A stretch of DNA of 64,000 bases from Mastigocoleus testarum BC008 (GCF_001456025.1 NZ_LMTZ01000096.1:1-64000), one strand, 5' to 3'. Shown: positions 30,073 through 42,223, counted from the first letter of the stretch. Numbers and translations: made by a program. Notes: generated by a model not told the origin, from the letters alone.

Positions 30073-31255
30073 TCTAGCTACTTCGTTATTCTCACTTCCT
30101 TAAATTAGGGATAATACCTTCCACTGCACAACGATTTACTCTGATACCTAAGATAGGGGAATTGTAAAAATGCAGATGAGCAAAGCTTAAGTGGCTTCTG
30201 CAAATCAGATATTATGGAGCATATACCAGGGTCAATCTGTCTCAAAATATTTATCTTAGGTAAGTAAAACAAATGTATTTGTTCTTAAAAGAATACGACC
30301 GCCACGTTTTTTGATGGAATGTGAAATACATTCATGATTTTACTTTTAGCTGCACCTACTCTCAAATGCCATAGCCAATATCAAATTAAAAGGGTGCAAT
30401 GGCACTGAGAATAGATCGGTATTTCAATTTCAATTAATCTCTTACTTGTTGCAGTATCTTATGACTTTATTAGATTCCTGCATACAAGACAGCATAGAAA
30501 TAGTTACTATCTTACTTCAGACATTTGGGTGTAGATTCTCCGCCAGTTCCTCACATCTCAGGGCGGAATATTCATAAATAATCAACAGATAGTCAAGTTT
30601 TATGCAGACTTGATGTATTCATCCTTATCGAAAATTTTCTGTTTGGGGTATTCATAAATTCTCTTTATCAAGAAAGATAGAGATACTTATGCTATTCTTG
30701 CTTGTCATTTCATTTCCTATTTTTGAAGCTAAATAAAAGTCTTATTAAATTTTACGTAAATTTTATATTCAAAAATAAATCTTTTTTTTATAAATTACTG
30801 AAACCTTCCGGATATTTAATTATTTACATTGAATAAATTATTCATAAAAATAATAGCATCATACAAACTTCATTTTTATCGATCTTATTTTTATCGATCC
30901 TATAGATATTAAAATTAGCCTTCAATTTTTAGATTAGAAAATAATTTTTGATTTTTTTGTCAATTACAAGTGTAAACGCGTAACATTAGCTATAAAGAAG
31001 ATATCTAATTTTACTCCCTACTATAGTTTGCGAATAAGTATATGTAATTTTATAAACATATTTAAATAGAATTTCCCCGCACTTACTTAGTGAATTGACT
31101 AATACAGCCAGAATCACCAATACTTGCGGGGAAGATAAATCAAATTGGGAATTTTATAGATTTTGGGGACTAATAGTTTTCCCTGAACTTATTGGTTTAT
31201 AATTATTCCCTCAAAAGCCCAAAGAATACCCAACTAGGCGGCACTAGAGTCTCAG

Positions 31256-31741
31256 TTAGGACATTGCTTGAATGATGTAATCAAAGTAAGGTGCGGCTTC
31301 ATTGGCATCTTCTGTGCTAAGTAATTCCAAGGAAGCTTTTTTCAAACAGTTAATTGCTTCGACCATTCCAGGAACGGGTACTCCCAAAGAATTATACATT
31401 TCACGTACGCCGACTAGGCCAATGTCTTCAATAGGATCCACATCTCCAGCAAGAACACCGTAAGTAATCAAGCGCAAATACCAGCCAAAATCACGGATAC
31501 AAAGGGAACGCTCCTTCTGTCCGTAAGCATTACCGCCAGGAGAGATAAAATCAGGTCGCTTTTGCCATAATTGTTTAGTTGCTTGATCAACTATTTTTTT
31601 CTCGTTTTCAGAAAGGGTTGTGGCAATTCTTACTCTTTGTTGTCCAGTTTGTAAAAAATCTTGGATATTCTTAAGTTCGCCACTGCTGGGGTAACGCAGT
31701 TCGTCATCAGCTTTCAGAATAACTTGGCTTACTACAGTCAT
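31256..31741 (-). CDS. apcD: allophycocyanin alpha-B subunit
   Basis: Phycobiliprotein globin fold: ...[40 protein letters not shown]...[12 protein letters not shown]. Closest to ApcD rather than ApcA ([22 protein letters not shown]). Confidence 0.85.
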   Translation of the reverse strand: MTVVSQVILKADDELRYPSSGELKNIQDFLQTGQQRVRIATTLSENEKKIVDQATKQLWQKRPDFISPGGNAYGQKERSLCIRDFGWYLRLITYGVLAGDVDPIEDIGLVGVREMYNSLGVPVPGMVEAINCLKKASLELLSTEDANEAAPYFDYIIQAMS

Positions 31742-32216
31742 GATTATTTCGATTGTCTTAAATGAAATATTATTAGCTAGTTTAACGAGTCTAAGGGGTA
31801 GAAGTGAACAGTTATTAATTAAGGCTTACTACAGTTCTGTTCAAATTGTTCAATTTTGCCCAGAGGTTTTCAAGGTACTGGTGCTTGAGAAAATTGTAAT
31901 AATTACCCCTTCATCCAAAAATACAGAGCATGATTTGGTCGATGATAAAAACCGATGGGATAAGCCGAAACGTATGATTTTTCAGTACTTTACACGCCAA
32001 GATACTTAAAATATGTCAATAAAGTTTATGCGATCGCAACACTGCAAAATGGCTACTAAAAATTTTATTTGGACATATGGCAGCTGTTACGGGTAAAATG
32101 AACAATCTTACTCCTTGCTCATAACTTTTACCCGTTATCCATTAACTATTAGCTTATAACGCTGCAACTATTGAATGTAAGCAGTGAAAATGAACTAAAT
32201 AAACAGCTAAATAGCA

Positions 32217-33638
32217 ATGACTGAAACCAAATGGCGACAGGGTGAATTAATCGAAGTTGAGATTGTTGATTTGAATGATACAGGAGATGGAGTTGGTAAA
32301 AAGGATGGACGAGTAGTATTTGTAGCAGATACAGTTCCGGGCGATAGGGTTATTGCTAGACTGCGACATGTGAAACCTAAATATGCCCATGGCAAGTTAC
32401 AGGAAATTAGACAGCCATCACCCAATCGTATTCGGCCATCATGTATTGTGGCAGACAAGTGTGGTGGTTGTCAGTGGCAACATATCAATTATCAATTACA
32501 GCTAGAAGCAAAGCGCAATCGAGTAATTCAAGCCTTGGAACGAATTGGAGGTTTTGCGAACCCTCCGGTTGCTCCAGTTTTAAAAGCACTTGAAGCGCTG
32601 GGTTATCGCAATAAAGCGACCTATCCTGTGGGTACTTCTGGTAACGGTAAATTTATTGCTGGTTACTATCAAAAAAATAGCCACAAATTAATTAATTTGA
32701 ATCATTGCCCTATACAAGACGTTCGCTTGGAACCTTTACTCAAAAGGGTTAAACAAGACATAGAGCGACGGGGTTGGAAACCATACAACGAAAAGCTACA
32801 CCAAGGAGAAATTCGTCACATCAGCTTCCGGATCGGTCGTCGGACTGGCGAAATCTTATTAACAATAGTAGCTAAACAAGTAAATATACCAGGAATAGAA
32901 GAACAAGCACAAGAGTGGTTAGACCACTATCCCCCGCTTGTAGGAGTGATGTTAAACCAGAATGGCGAACGTACGAATGTCATATTTGGATCTGATACTC
33001 GTTGTATCGCTGGCAGACCTTATCTGCGAGAAAAATTTGCCGGTTTGGAATTTCAAATTCAAGCTGAAACTTTTTTCCAAGTATATACAGAGACAGCTGA
33101 ATCTCTGTTGCAAATTATTCAGTCAGAACTGAATTTACAAGGTAATGAATTGCTTCTTGATACTTACTGTGGCATTGGCACATTAACTCTGCCACTTGCC
33201 AAACAAGTAGGACAAGCCGTGGGTCTAGAAATGCAAGTCAAAGCTGTAGAACAAGCAAAATTGAACGCCCGAATCAACAACATTGACAATGTTACATTTT
33301 ATGCAGGTAAAGTAGAGGAATTGCTACCTAAAATGGATTTGACTCCAGATATTGTTTTACTCGACCCTCCACGCAAGGGATGCGACATCCAAGTGATTGA
33401 AACACTTCTTATGTCAAAGCCAGAGCGTATTGTATACGTTAGCTGCAAAGCTTCAACCTTAGCTCGAGACTTGAAATTACTTTGCCAAGATAAAGTATAT
33501 AATATAACTAGGATAGTGCCCGCCGATTTCTTTCCACAAACCGCTCACGTCGAAGCAGCAGCTTTCGCTGTATTATCACAAATAGATGCGGGAAGTAAGT
33601 CCTTTACAAAAAAGTCAAATTCCAAATTTGTAGCCTAG
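32217..33638 (+). CDS. rlmD: 23S rRNA (uracil-C5)-methyltransferase RlmD/RumA
   Basis: N-terminal TRAM domain, a CGGCQWQH Fe-S cysteine cluster, and a C-terminal SAM-MTase (DTYCGIGT, LDPPRKG). Confidence 0.8.
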   Translation: MTETKWRQGELIEVEIVDLNDTGDGVGKKDGRVVFVADTVPGDRVIARLRHVKPKYAHGKLQEIRQPSPNRIRPSCIVADKCGGCQWQHINYQLQLEAKRNRVIQALERIGGFANPPVAPVLKALEALGYRNKATYPVGTSGNGKFIAGYYQKNSHKLINLNHCPIQDVRLEPLLKRVKQDIERRGWKPYNEKLHQGEIRHISFRIGRRTGEILLTIVAKQVNIPGIEEQAQEWLDHYPPLVGVMLNQNGERTNVIFGSDTRCIAGRPYLREKFAGLEFQIQAETFFQVYTETAESLLQIIQSELNLQGNELLLDTYCGIGTLTLPLAKQVGQAVGLEMQVKAVEQAKLNARINNIDNVTFYAGKVEELLPKMDLTPDIVLLDPPRKGCDIQVIETLLMSKPERIVYVSCKASTLARDLKLLCQDKVYNITRIVPADFFPQTAHVEAAAFAVLSQIDAGSKSFTKKSNSKFVA

Positions 33639-34032
33639 CGTATAGTAAAAATGCTAAAATTGAACTAATCTGAAAATATGATTCCTTTTGAGTAAATAAA
33701 TTAAAGCTGCATGGACTTCTTAAAAGTTATAAATTTAGTTGTTTAAATTACAAATCAGCAAAAGTAAAGAGTATATGAACACTCTTTTGGCTTAAAAGTA
33801 ATTTTTAGTTATGAACTGCAGTTGCAGATAAATATACAAAAATCTGATTTGTTATCAACTTAATTCAAGAACTTAATTCTATAAAAGATAGTCAGTGTAA
33901 TAAGCATTTTCAAAATTTATTTCTAAAGATTAAAACTTGCTTGAAGGAAAGAAGACCACCTAAATTTTAATCAGGGTGCCTGTGACAGCTTGCCTGATGT
34001 CTAGCTAACTCTGAAGCTACGGGGTTTCTCTT

Positions 34033-34494
34033 GTGATTACTATTTCACTCCGTCCTGTCGGACGTAATTGGGGCACTATTAGTTTCGCCTCAACTCTATA
34101 TCTCTGCCCAATTTTAGATTTACTCCTGGCAGAAATACCAAACAAAATGCAAGCCGAACTGCGTTTAGGGCTTCAAGAAGCCTTAGTTAACGCAGCGAAA
34201 CATGGGAACAATTTAGATCCTAGTAAAAAGGTAGTTGTTCGTTTTTCTTTGATAGACGACAGGTACTGGTGGATCATTTCAGACCAAGGATGTGGCTTCA
34301 ACCCGAATTGTCAATATCGTGACGATCCTGAGGAGTATCTTCCTCCAGATGAGTCAGAAAGTGGTCGTGGTTTGAGTATCTTGCATCTAATATTCGATCG
34401 AGTTGAGTGGAATAGAACTGGTACCGAATTAAGACTTTGTAAACAATTAGAAAGTCGTCCTAGGATACCTTTACTTTCACGTAATAACAATTAA
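34033..34494 (+). CDS. anti-sigma regulatory factor-type serine kinase (HATPase_c, RsbW/SpoIIAB-like)
   Basis: EALVNAAKHGN (N-box) and DQGCGF...SGRGLSIL (G-boxes) in a protein of about 150 aa. Confidence 0.5.
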   Translation: MITISLRPVGRNWGTISFASTLYLCPILDLLLAEIPNKMQAELRLGLQEALVNAAKHGNNLDPSKKVVVRFSLIDDRYWWIISDQGCGFNPNCQYRDDPEEYLPPDESESGRGLSILHLIFDRVEWNRTGTELRLCKQLESRPRIPLLSRNNN

Positions 34495-34917
34495 TTTCCG
34501 CAATGCTACTATTCTCGAGGACGAGAACATAGGTATTGTCTGGAATAATAAAAAGGAATCTCTATTGTATGTTGTTTATTAGATTTCTGAAGCACTCCTA
34601 AATTTAATTTAGGAGATTGCTTACTTTACTATCGAAATAAACATACTTAATAATAAATCTTGAATATTGGAAGGCAGAGCACTCAGATACACACAGTAGA
34701 GTCAGTGAGATTCTAACACTTATCTAACGCTTACAAATATATACAACATGGGATTGGGGGATGTCTGTGATGTATATCATACTGAAATCAAATCTAGGTT
34801 AAGAACTTTGATAACCAATAATTGACGGTTAACTTACCTCAGTCGAGTTCTAAGTGTCAACCGTCAAATGCTACCTAAATCTAAATAAACAAAGATAAAG
34901 ATAGCGATTAACAATGC

Positions 34918-35208
34918 CTACTCTTTATTTTTCTTATGACCGTGGGTAGGACAAGGTGGCGCACTGATAGACTTGTCTAGCCAGCCAGTAGCTTGTTGCA
35001 GCCTCGGAAGGGCTTCTTGTTGAGAGTCTTTAAGTAGAAAAACTAATGCTGCTGCTGTCTGTTCGCAAGCACGAGCTTTGCGGTTAGACTTGAGTCGATG
35101 CCAATCGTTAGGAGAAATACTCAATCTCTCCATTAAAGCTTGAGCTAGTTCTAGAGTACTAATTTCACTTAATTGATTACTTTGGTTCAAATGGGTAGCT
35201 TGAGACAT
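34918..35208 (-). CDS. hypothetical protein
   Basis: 96-aa ORF with normal codon usage and no motif recognised. Confidence 0.35.
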   Translation of the reverse strand: MSQATHLNQSNQLSEISTLELAQALMERLSISPNDWHRLKSNRKARACEQTAAALVFLLKDSQQEALPRLQQATGWLDKSISAPPCPTHGHKKNKE

Positions 35209-35255
35209 GACAGGTAGGCATTATTTAGGCGTTTTCCTTTACTTTACAACCTTGT

Positions 35256-35681
35256 ATGAATTTACCTGATCGACCATCTAAACAGTCTGAAGAAGAAAAT
35301 CTCCTAGAGGTATTTGAAGGATTAATTGTTGAAGCTGAACAAACACTTCAAGTCTTAAAAAACCGCTACAGTAAAATACTTACTGAGCGACAACGTCAAA
35401 ATGAACTAGCTCAGCGCTTAGAGCAACTAAAGAAACAAAATAAAAAACAAACCCTTCAAAAGAACTCGAAGCAAGAATTAAAATTAAATTTGGAACAGGT
35501 TAAAGCACAACTAGAAACCTTAGAAGATAATTTGGGTTTATTTTCCAGGAGTTATCTGGCGCTATTTGGTGGTATTATCATTTTTTCCAAGAGTGGCTTA
35601 AAAGATGCCTTCTGGCAAGTCATCCGCTTTGCTGGATTGGGCGTTATCATAGGCTGGTTATTAAAAAGTTTTGCTGGTTAA
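35256..35681 (+). CDS. hypothetical coiled-coil protein with C-terminal membrane anchor
   Basis: 141 aa with a Gln/Lys-rich coiled coil and a C-terminal hydrophobic segment. Its stop lies 1 nt before the asnS ATG. Confidence 0.4.
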   Translation: MNLPDRPSKQSEEENLLEVFEGLIVEAEQTLQVLKNRYSKILTERQRQNELAQRLEQLKKQNKKQTLQKNSKQELKLNLEQVKAQLETLEDNLGLFSRSYLALFGGIIIFSKSGLKDAFWQVIRFAGLGVIIGWLLKSFAG

Positions 35682-35682
35682 G

Positions 35683-37074
35683 ATGATAAATCGACGGATT
35701 AAAGACATACTGCACAGTGGGGAAGCTGAAGAGAAACTCACAGCATGTGGTTGGGTGCGAACCAAACGAGAATTAAAAGGATTTGCTTTTATAGAAGTCA
35801 ACGATGGTTCTTCCTTAGCTGGTCTGCAAGTAGTTTTGGACGAAAATACATTAGATTATGAAGCTGTTCTAAAGAAACTAAATACAGGTGCTTCAGTAGA
35901 AGTTACGGGAGTATTAGTACCTTCCCAAGGAAAAGGACAGCGAATCGAACTCAAAGCACAAACTATCAAAGTTTACGGTGAAGCAGATCCGGAAACCTAC
36001 CCCTTACAAAAGAAGCGTCATTCCTTTGAATTTTTACGCACTATTGGACACCTACGTAACCGTACCAACTCTTTAGGTGCTGTTTTACGGGTGAGAAATG
36101 CTTGCGCTACAGCAATTCACCAATTCTTCCAAGAACGGGAATTTTTATGGGTACACACACCTATTATCACCGCAAGTGACTGTGAAGGTGCGGGTGAACT
36201 TTTCAACGTTACTAATTTAGATTTAAAAAATGTTCCACTTACGGATAAAAAGGAAGTAGACTACAGCAAAGATTTTTTTGCAAAACCTACATATTTGACC
36301 GTGAGCGGTCAGTTAGAAGCTGAAGTTATGGCGATGAGCTTCAGTAACGTCTATACCTTCGGTCCTACTTTCCGTGCAGAGAATTCCAATACCTCCCGAC
36401 ATTTAGCAGAATTTTGGATGGTCGAACCAGAGATGGCTTTTTGCGATCTTAACGGAGATATGGATTTAGCCGAGGAGTTTCTCAAGTATATCTTCCAATA
36501 CGTTTTAAAACATTGTTCCGAAGATATGGAATTTTTTAATCTGCGGATAGATAAAACTGTATTGGAAACGGCTAACAATATTATTGACAATAAATTTGAA
36601 CGTGTTACTTACACTGAAGCCATCAAGCTTCTAGAAAAAGCCAAGGTTAAATTTGAATATCCAGTAAGTTGGGGTTTAGATTTACAATCTGAACACGAAC
36701 GCTATCTCTGCGAAAAATTATTTAAAAAACCAACGATTGTTACTGATTACCCCACAGAAATTAAAGCGTTTTATATGCGTCTGAATGACGACGAAAAAAC
36801 TGTGGCTGCAATGGATATTCTTGCACCCAAAATAGGTGAAATAATTGGCGGTTCTCAACGGGAAGAACGGTTGGATGTGTTGGAGAGACGAGTCAAAGCT
36901 CAAGGACTTGAACCAGAAGATTTGTGGTGGTATATGGATTTACGACGTTATGGAACTGTCCCCCATGCAGGGTTTGGACTTGGCTTTGAAAGGTTGGTTC
37001 AATTCATGACTGGTATGACTAATATTCGTGATGTAATTCCATTTCCCAGAACACCACAGAGTGCTGAGTTTTAG
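35683..37074 (+). CDS. asnS: asparagine--tRNA ligase
   Basis: Class II aaRS motifs ([21 protein letters not shown]) and an AsnS-type N-terminal OB fold. The true ATG is at 35683, since the track ORF began at an upstream TTG. Confidence 0.9.
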   Translation: MINRRIKDILHSGEAEEKLTACGWVRTKRELKGFAFIEVNDGSSLAGLQVVLDENTLDYEAVLKKLNTGASVEVTGVLVPSQGKGQRIELKAQTIKVYGEADPETYPLQKKRHSFEFLRTIGHLRNRTNSLGAVLRVRNACATAIHQFFQEREFLWVHTPIITASDCEGAGELFNVTNLDLKNVPLTDKKEVDYSKDFFAKPTYLTVSGQLEAEVMAMSFSNVYTFGPTFRAENSNTSRHLAEFWMVEPEMAFCDLNGDMDLAEEFLKYIFQYVLKHCSEDMEFFNLRIDKTVLETANNIIDNKFERVTYTEAIKLLEKAKVKFEYPVSWGLDLQSEHERYLCEKLFKKPTIVTDYPTEIKAFYMRLNDDEKTVAAMDILAPKIGEIIGGSQREERLDVLERRVKAQGLEPEDLWWYMDLRRYGTVPHAGFGLGFERLVQFMTGMTNIRDVIPFPRTPQSAEF

Positions 37075-37173
37075 CTTTCAGTTTAAGTTTTGTGTCTGAG
37101 TGCTTTAGTTAAAATAGTACTTTCAATTAGATAAGGTACGAACTTTTAGGTGTTGGGAAATAGGAACGATGGG

Positions 37174-37238
37174 TTAGAAGCATCCTCATAGATGAACGCG
37201 TCAGGATGCTTCTAACGCGAAACGCCTGTACGGCGTTT
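37174..37238 (+). terminator. putative asnS terminator: 13-bp stem hairpin followed by a short GC hairpin
   Basis: TTAGAAGCATCCT-(16 nt)-AGGATGCTTCTAA, then AACGCC-tgtac-GGCGTT followed by a weak T tract. Confidence 0.4.
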
Positions 37239-37570
37239 ATCACAAAAATTTCTGGTATTAATCATTATGAAGTAATCACACTCTTCCTGAGTGGAATTTG
37301 GAATGAGCTGAATTATATAAGGCTTTAGTATTCATAGTTATAAATTTTGTAGTCAAACATAACATCGACTATAAAACTTATTTGTGAGGAGTAATGCTCA
37401 GTAGGGGAACTACAACCCCCTTTATCACTTCTGCAAAAGACGTCTTGAACTACTTTCTTATGATATTTCCACAATCCTTAAAGATTTAATTATTAGCCTG
37501 AAAACCTTAGGTTAATAACTGCCTAGCTCTATCTGATATCAATTCCCACGTCACTATAAGAAACCGATTG

Positions 37571-37612
37571 AAGAAAATAAAAAACCGACAGTCTTTGGTG
37601 GAAGGCTGTCGG
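37571..37612 (-). terminator. intrinsic terminator on minus strand (hairpin CCGACAG-N14-CTGTCGG followed by U-rich tract on minus strand)
   Basis: Plus strand reads gaaaataaaaaaCCGACAGtctttggtggaaggCTGTCGG. On the minus strand this is stem-loop plus TTTTTTATTTTC. The nearest upstream minus-strand CDS is about 1 kb away. Confidence 0.5.
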
Positions 37613-38666
37613 CAATTAGTGTGTTCCCTATTAATGACTCGGCTAGAGTTCAGTTATACGTATTATGCCCAGTACAACTATTTCAGGGGAGGATCTTAAT
37701 CATAAGTTTTTGTGATTGTCATCACATAATTCTTGTCGTGAAACTGCATCCTTCTAAGCAGCTAATTACAATGGTTTCATTAAATTATTGAAGTCATTGC
37801 ATAATTCAAAAAAGTAATCTTAGTTATAATTTAAATTTATTTAAAGCACCACGTTCTGAGTATAATGACGGAAATTTAATATAAAAATACTTTAAAGCAC
37901 TTAATAATTTCTCCAGTATCTGACTGAGATAAATAAAAACCCTAACAAATATAAATACTTTTCATACATTCGCTGAATATGAATGCCTGAAAAGCAACAG
38001 ATATAACAATACTCACTTGTTATAGAGTGTAGTGAAGTTGTTTATCTAATACTTAGACAAATAATCTTGACGGTAGGAAATAATTCTGGTTAATTTGGGG
38101 TAAATAGTAGTAATTGCACGAAAATATAGATATTTTGAGCAAATTACTTATACCTTCTAAATTTAAACAGCATTAATTCCTATTTACTATCACTTAAATT
38201 ATAATCTATTTACCCCTACAAACAGTAACTTTCGTTACTTGTATGCGATATAAGCTCAGTGATATATAGACATTTAGACATCTAAAAGATAAATTAACTG
38301 ATTCAAATATACGGAGTTAATTGTTTATAAAAAAGTAATTTACTATGCCAATGGAGTGGCTGATTTTTAGCTCCTTAACTAATTAGATATAAAGTTTTTA
38401 AGCACCATTGTAAGGGTCTAAAAATATATCCAAAATAAATCTGTAGATTGCATTTACCTGTCTACGAGTTGGGAGTAACTTTCATTCAGCAAGCTCTATC
38501 AACACATGTGCAAGTAACCTCCAGCAAATCAAATAGATAAGTGACTCTTACCAGTAAGTAGGACTATGCTACGTTGAGAAGATTATATTAGAAGTACTAT
38601 ATTGCCTGAAAACTCCCAAAAGATAGAAATTATGAGTAAATTTTCTAGCTAGAGGTTAATTAACAG

Positions 38667-40061
38667 CTAAAAACGATAAGCTAAAAATGGGGTTATCATT
38701 TCAGCGCGGCTTAAACCACCATGAACTCCAGTCGGTCCATGATGACGCTCTTCCTTAGTAACTTGCTGACGACACATCCATTCTCCACGTGGAATAACTA
38801 ACAAATCGCCAATTCTGTCCTTGGATTCCATATTCATTTCTTTACCGGGAATTCCAAACAAACCTAACTCAATAGCTTCTGAAGTAGTTACGATTAAGAA
38901 TTCTTCGCTAAAATTTTGCTGCATATAGTTAAGAACAGCAGCTTCTGCTCCATGCTTGACGTGTAAAAAACGAATTCGCGACTCACCCGTTACCGCTGGG
39001 ACCGATAGAAATTTAGTTAAATCCGGATGTTCGTCAAGCCATAAAATTTTATCTGGGAATGACTGACGTTGTCCGTGGTCTGCTGTTAGTAGCATAACAG
39101 TATCACTGTGACCCGCTAGGGGATCTAAAAGTTCGCGTTTAAGGGCAAAATCAATTGCAGCAATTTCTGCCCGATATGAAGGAGTTAAAGGTCCGTAGCG
39201 ATGAGAAACTCCATCGATGTTAGGCAAATATATGTAAGTAAAGCTTTTTGTTTGATTGTTACTGGCTAGCAAACGTTGACGTAACTGAGCGAAAGCATCA
39301 GCAGCAGTCATGTAACCTTTAAAGTTACTGGTTCCGGCTTGACTACCTCCGCTAGTATAACGGCTGATACTTGTTTGTTTGAATCGATAAAAATTGATAA
39401 TTTCTACATCCACACCAGCTTTCTCCATCCGCAAATAAATATTAGGTACGGGTAGTAAGGTGTCTGGATTAAGTTGAGTATCAAGAAAAGATGCAGAAGT
39501 TGGAGCTATATTAGGACAAAAACCAATCAGGTTAACAACGCTACCAATTTCTCGGAAATAAATATTAGTGCCCATTATGCCATGTTGAGCCGGTGCGTAA
39601 CCTGTTGCAGCTGAAGTTAATGCAGTGACCGTTGTGCTGGGATAAACGGAAGTTATCGGCATAAAAAAAGCTTGCTGTTTATGGGAAGCGATCGCAAGCT
39701 CTGGAGTATCTTTTGCATCCATCAAGCTTTGCAACTGATCGAAACCCAAGCCATCCATAATTAATAACACCATATGATTAATTGGGGCTTGTCGCAGCCA
39801 TTCTTCCCAAGCAGAAGCGATCGTGTCAACTCCTAATAATTTGGGATTAAAAGCTGGTAATGTTGCTTGCTCGCTTAAACTTGGCGCATCAAGACAAAGT
39901 TGTTCGATAGCCAGAGCCGCGATATTCGCCAATCCTAATCCTTCGTAGTTGGGGCGTACTGCATCTGAACCAAAGGTTGACGGTAATTGTTGCTTAGCCA
40001 AAAGCGCTTTTTGTGCTGCGGCAATTGTACTGTTATTCATTTTGTTTTGTAAGGCCACCAT
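38667..40061 (-). CDS. alkaline phosphatase superfamily protein (type I phosphodiesterase/nucleotide pyrophosphatase-like)
   Basis: MVLLIMDGLGFDQL (metal-binding Asp region), LLTADHGQ and HGG motifs typical of the AlkP-like sulfatase/phosphodiesterase fold. Confidence 0.55.
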   Translation of the reverse strand: MVALQNKMNNSTIAAAQKALLAKQQLPSTFGSDAVRPNYEGLGLANIAALAIEQLCLDAPSLSEQATLPAFNPKLLGVDTIASAWEEWLRQAPINHMVLLIMDGLGFDQLQSLMDAKDTPELAIASHKQQAFFMPITSVYPSTTVTALTSAATGYAPAQHGIMGTNIYFREIGSVVNLIGFCPNIAPTSASFLDTQLNPDTLLPVPNIYLRMEKAGVDVEIINFYRFKQTSISRYTSGGSQAGTSNFKGYMTAADAFAQLRQRLLASNNQTKSFTYIYLPNIDGVSHRYGPLTPSYRAEIAAIDFALKRELLDPLAGHSDTVMLLTADHGQRQSFPDKILWLDEHPDLTKFLSVPAVTGESRIRFLHVKHGAEAAVLNYMQQNFSEEFLIVTTSEAIELGLFGIPGKEMNMESKDRIGDLLVIPRGEWMCRQQVTKEERHHGPTGVHGGLSRAEMITPFLAYRF

Positions 40062-40333
40062 GTACTACTTTAGCGAAAGCAAGAAAAGCATGTAATATCA
40101 TCTTAAAAGTAGGTTTTTAACTTAAAGACAAACAACCTTCTAATAAACCTATTCAAGAATTGATTAACGATAGCCATTAATTACCTCTAGTTTGCGAAAA
40201 TTAGAATTACATTTTGTGATGTTTGCGTACTATGATAGTTTTATAGGGAGATGTGAACGACCCCAACTGAGCTAAGTTATAGTTGGGGGTTAGAAGCAAT
40301 GCTTACAGAAATTTTCTTAATTAAAGCTCCCAG

Positions 40334-40537
40334 CTACAAATCGTCTGGAATAACCCATTTGGGAGGTTCCATCATTTTCTTCATTCTTGCAGCTTCTGCC
40401 ATCTCTAACATTTTATCTAAAGAGGTATTCTCAATAAATTTTGTCGCTTCTTCTCTGTACTCGGTATTAGGACATTTATCACCTAAAACACAGCCATTAA
40501 TACAGGCTTCTTTGCAATTGATTTCGGTGCTCTCCAT
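40334..40537 (-). CDS. small Cys-rich protein (C-x3-C-x3-C-x5-C), probably a metalloprotein
   Basis: 67 aa MESTEINCKEACINGCVLGDKCPNTEY. The regular Cys spacing argues for this strand over the overlapping plus-strand ORF. Confidence 0.5.
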   Translation of the reverse strand: MESTEINCKEACINGCVLGDKCPNTEYREEATKFIENTSLDKMLEMAEAARMKKMMEPPKWVIPDDL

Positions 40538-40822
40538 TTCAGGTTTCCTTGTTTATTTTCTCTTTGGATCTCTAATCGCGCATCATCTTAAAGCGCCTAC
40601 TGTAGAAGGTAATCCGGAATTGTAGACCGGATAAGTAGAAATACCCTTCTCCTACCTAAATATTTTATCGCTAGTCAGATTTGCTCTGGGAATGAACTCC
40701 AATTTGATAAATTACCTATTACATCAACTCTGATATCAACTAAAGTAATCTGAAAAGAAAACACAAAATTGCTAATCTAACCAATATCAATTACAAATAT
40801 TGAATCTCAATTAAAGGCGCTG

Positions 40823-42217
40823 ATGTCGGAAATATTTGCCACCACTGGAACTATTACAGCCATTGCTACTGCTGTTGTCCCCCAACAAGGTAGTGTAGGA
40901 ATCGTGCGCGTCTCTGGTTCAGAAGCAATGAAAATTGCTGAGACTATTTTTCATACCCCGGGAAATCAAGTTTGGGAAACTCACCGCATTCTTTATGGTT
41001 ATATCCGCCATCCCCAAACAAAACAAACTGTGGATGAAGCACTTTTATTAATTATGAAAGCACCTCGTTCCTATACCCGCGAAGATGTGGTGGAATTTCA
41101 CTGTCATGGCGGAATTATGGCGGTACAACAAGTATTGCAACTATGCTTGGAAAATGGTGCGAGGCTCGCCCAACCTGGAGAATTTACCCTCCGCGCCTTT
41201 TTAAATGGGAGGCTAGATTTAACTCAAGCTGAAAGCATAAAAGATTTGGTAGGTGCAAAATCTCCTCAAGCAGCACAAGCAGCACTTGCAGGTATACAAG
41301 GTAAATTAGCTGTTTCTATCGGAAAATTACGCGCCCAATGCTTGGATGTTTTAGCAGAAATTGAAGCCCGAATAGATTTTGAAGATGATTTACCGCCTTT
41401 AGATTGTGATGGGATATTAGTACAAATTGAAAATTTTATTGCTGAAATTGCTAAATTGTTAGCAACAGCAAATAAAGGTGAAATGTTGCGGAGTGGTTTG
41501 AGAGTTGCAATTGTTGGACGCCCCAATGTAGGAAAATCTAGTCTGTTAAACGCTTGGAGTCGCACTGATAAAGCAATTGTAACTAATTTACCTGGAACTA
41601 CTCGGGATGTTGTGGAATCCCAGTTAGTTGTTGGTGGAATACCAGTACAAGTACTAGATACCGCAGGAATTAGAGATACAGAAGACCAAGTTGAAAAAAT
41701 TGGTGTCGAGCGTTCTGAGGGTGCAGCAAAAGCAGCAGATTTAATATTATTTACTATTGATGCTTCTGTTGGTTGGACAGATGCGGATGGAGAAATTTAC
41801 GATCGCATCAAACATCGTCCTGTAATCTTAGTGGCGAACAAAATTGATTTGTTACCAGAAAATGAAATAATAAATCTTGAATCTCAAATTCAGGAGTCAC
41901 ACTCTAGAGTCATGACAGCTGCTGCCCAAAATCAAGGTATTGATGCTTTAGAAGCAGCGATTTTAGAGAAAATTGGTTTGGGTAAACTACAAGCTGCAGA
42001 CTTAGATATTGCCATTAATCAACGACAAGCTGCAGCACTGGTTAGAGCGAAAAAATCTTTAGAACAGGTACAAATTACAGCCCAACAACATTTAGCTTTT
42101 GATTTTTGGTCAATTGATTTACGGGGTGCTATTCAAGCTTTAGGAGAAATTACAGGTGATGAGGTGACAGAATCAGTTTTGGATCGCATATTTAGTAAAT
42201 TTTGTATTGGGAAGTAG
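40823..42217 (+). CDS. mnmE: tRNA modification GTPase MnmE
   Basis: [13 protein letters not shown]1 motif, DTAGIR G3 motif, and a C-terminal FCIGK tetrapeptide characteristic of MnmE/TrmE. Confidence 0.85.
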   Translation: MSEIFATTGTITAIATAVVPQQGSVGIVRVSGSEAMKIAETIFHTPGNQVWETHRILYGYIRHPQTKQTVDEALLLIMKAPRSYTREDVVEFHCHGGIMAVQQVLQLCLENGARLAQPGEFTLRAFLNGRLDLTQAESIKDLVGAKSPQAAQAALAGIQGKLAVSIGKLRAQCLDVLAEIEARIDFEDDLPPLDCDGILVQIENFIAEIAKLLATANKGEMLRSGLRVAIVGRPNVGKSSLLNAWSRTDKAIVTNLPGTTRDVVESQLVVGGIPVQVLDTAGIRDTEDQVEKIGVERSEGAAKAADLILFTIDASVGWTDADGEIYDRIKHRPVILVANKIDLLPENEIINLESQIQESHSRVMTAAAQNQGIDALEAAILEKIGLGKLQAADLDIAINQRQAAALVRAKKSLEQVQITAQQHLAFDFWSIDLRGAIQALGEITGDEVTESVLDRIFSKFCIGK

Positions 42218-42223
42218 GTATTA

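Noticed and set aside
35671-35682. Track start of asnS at 35671
   Set aside because: The ORF track initiated at a TTG. The first ATG ([10 protein letters not shown]) at 35683 lies 1 nt after the upstream stop and matches AsnS N-termini.
40299-40625. 108-aa plus-strand ORF overlapping the Cys-rich small ORF
   Set aside because: The minus-strand frame shows a regular four-Cys metal-binding pattern, while the plus-strand product is featureless. Only one is likely real, and I chose the minus strand pending conservation analysis.
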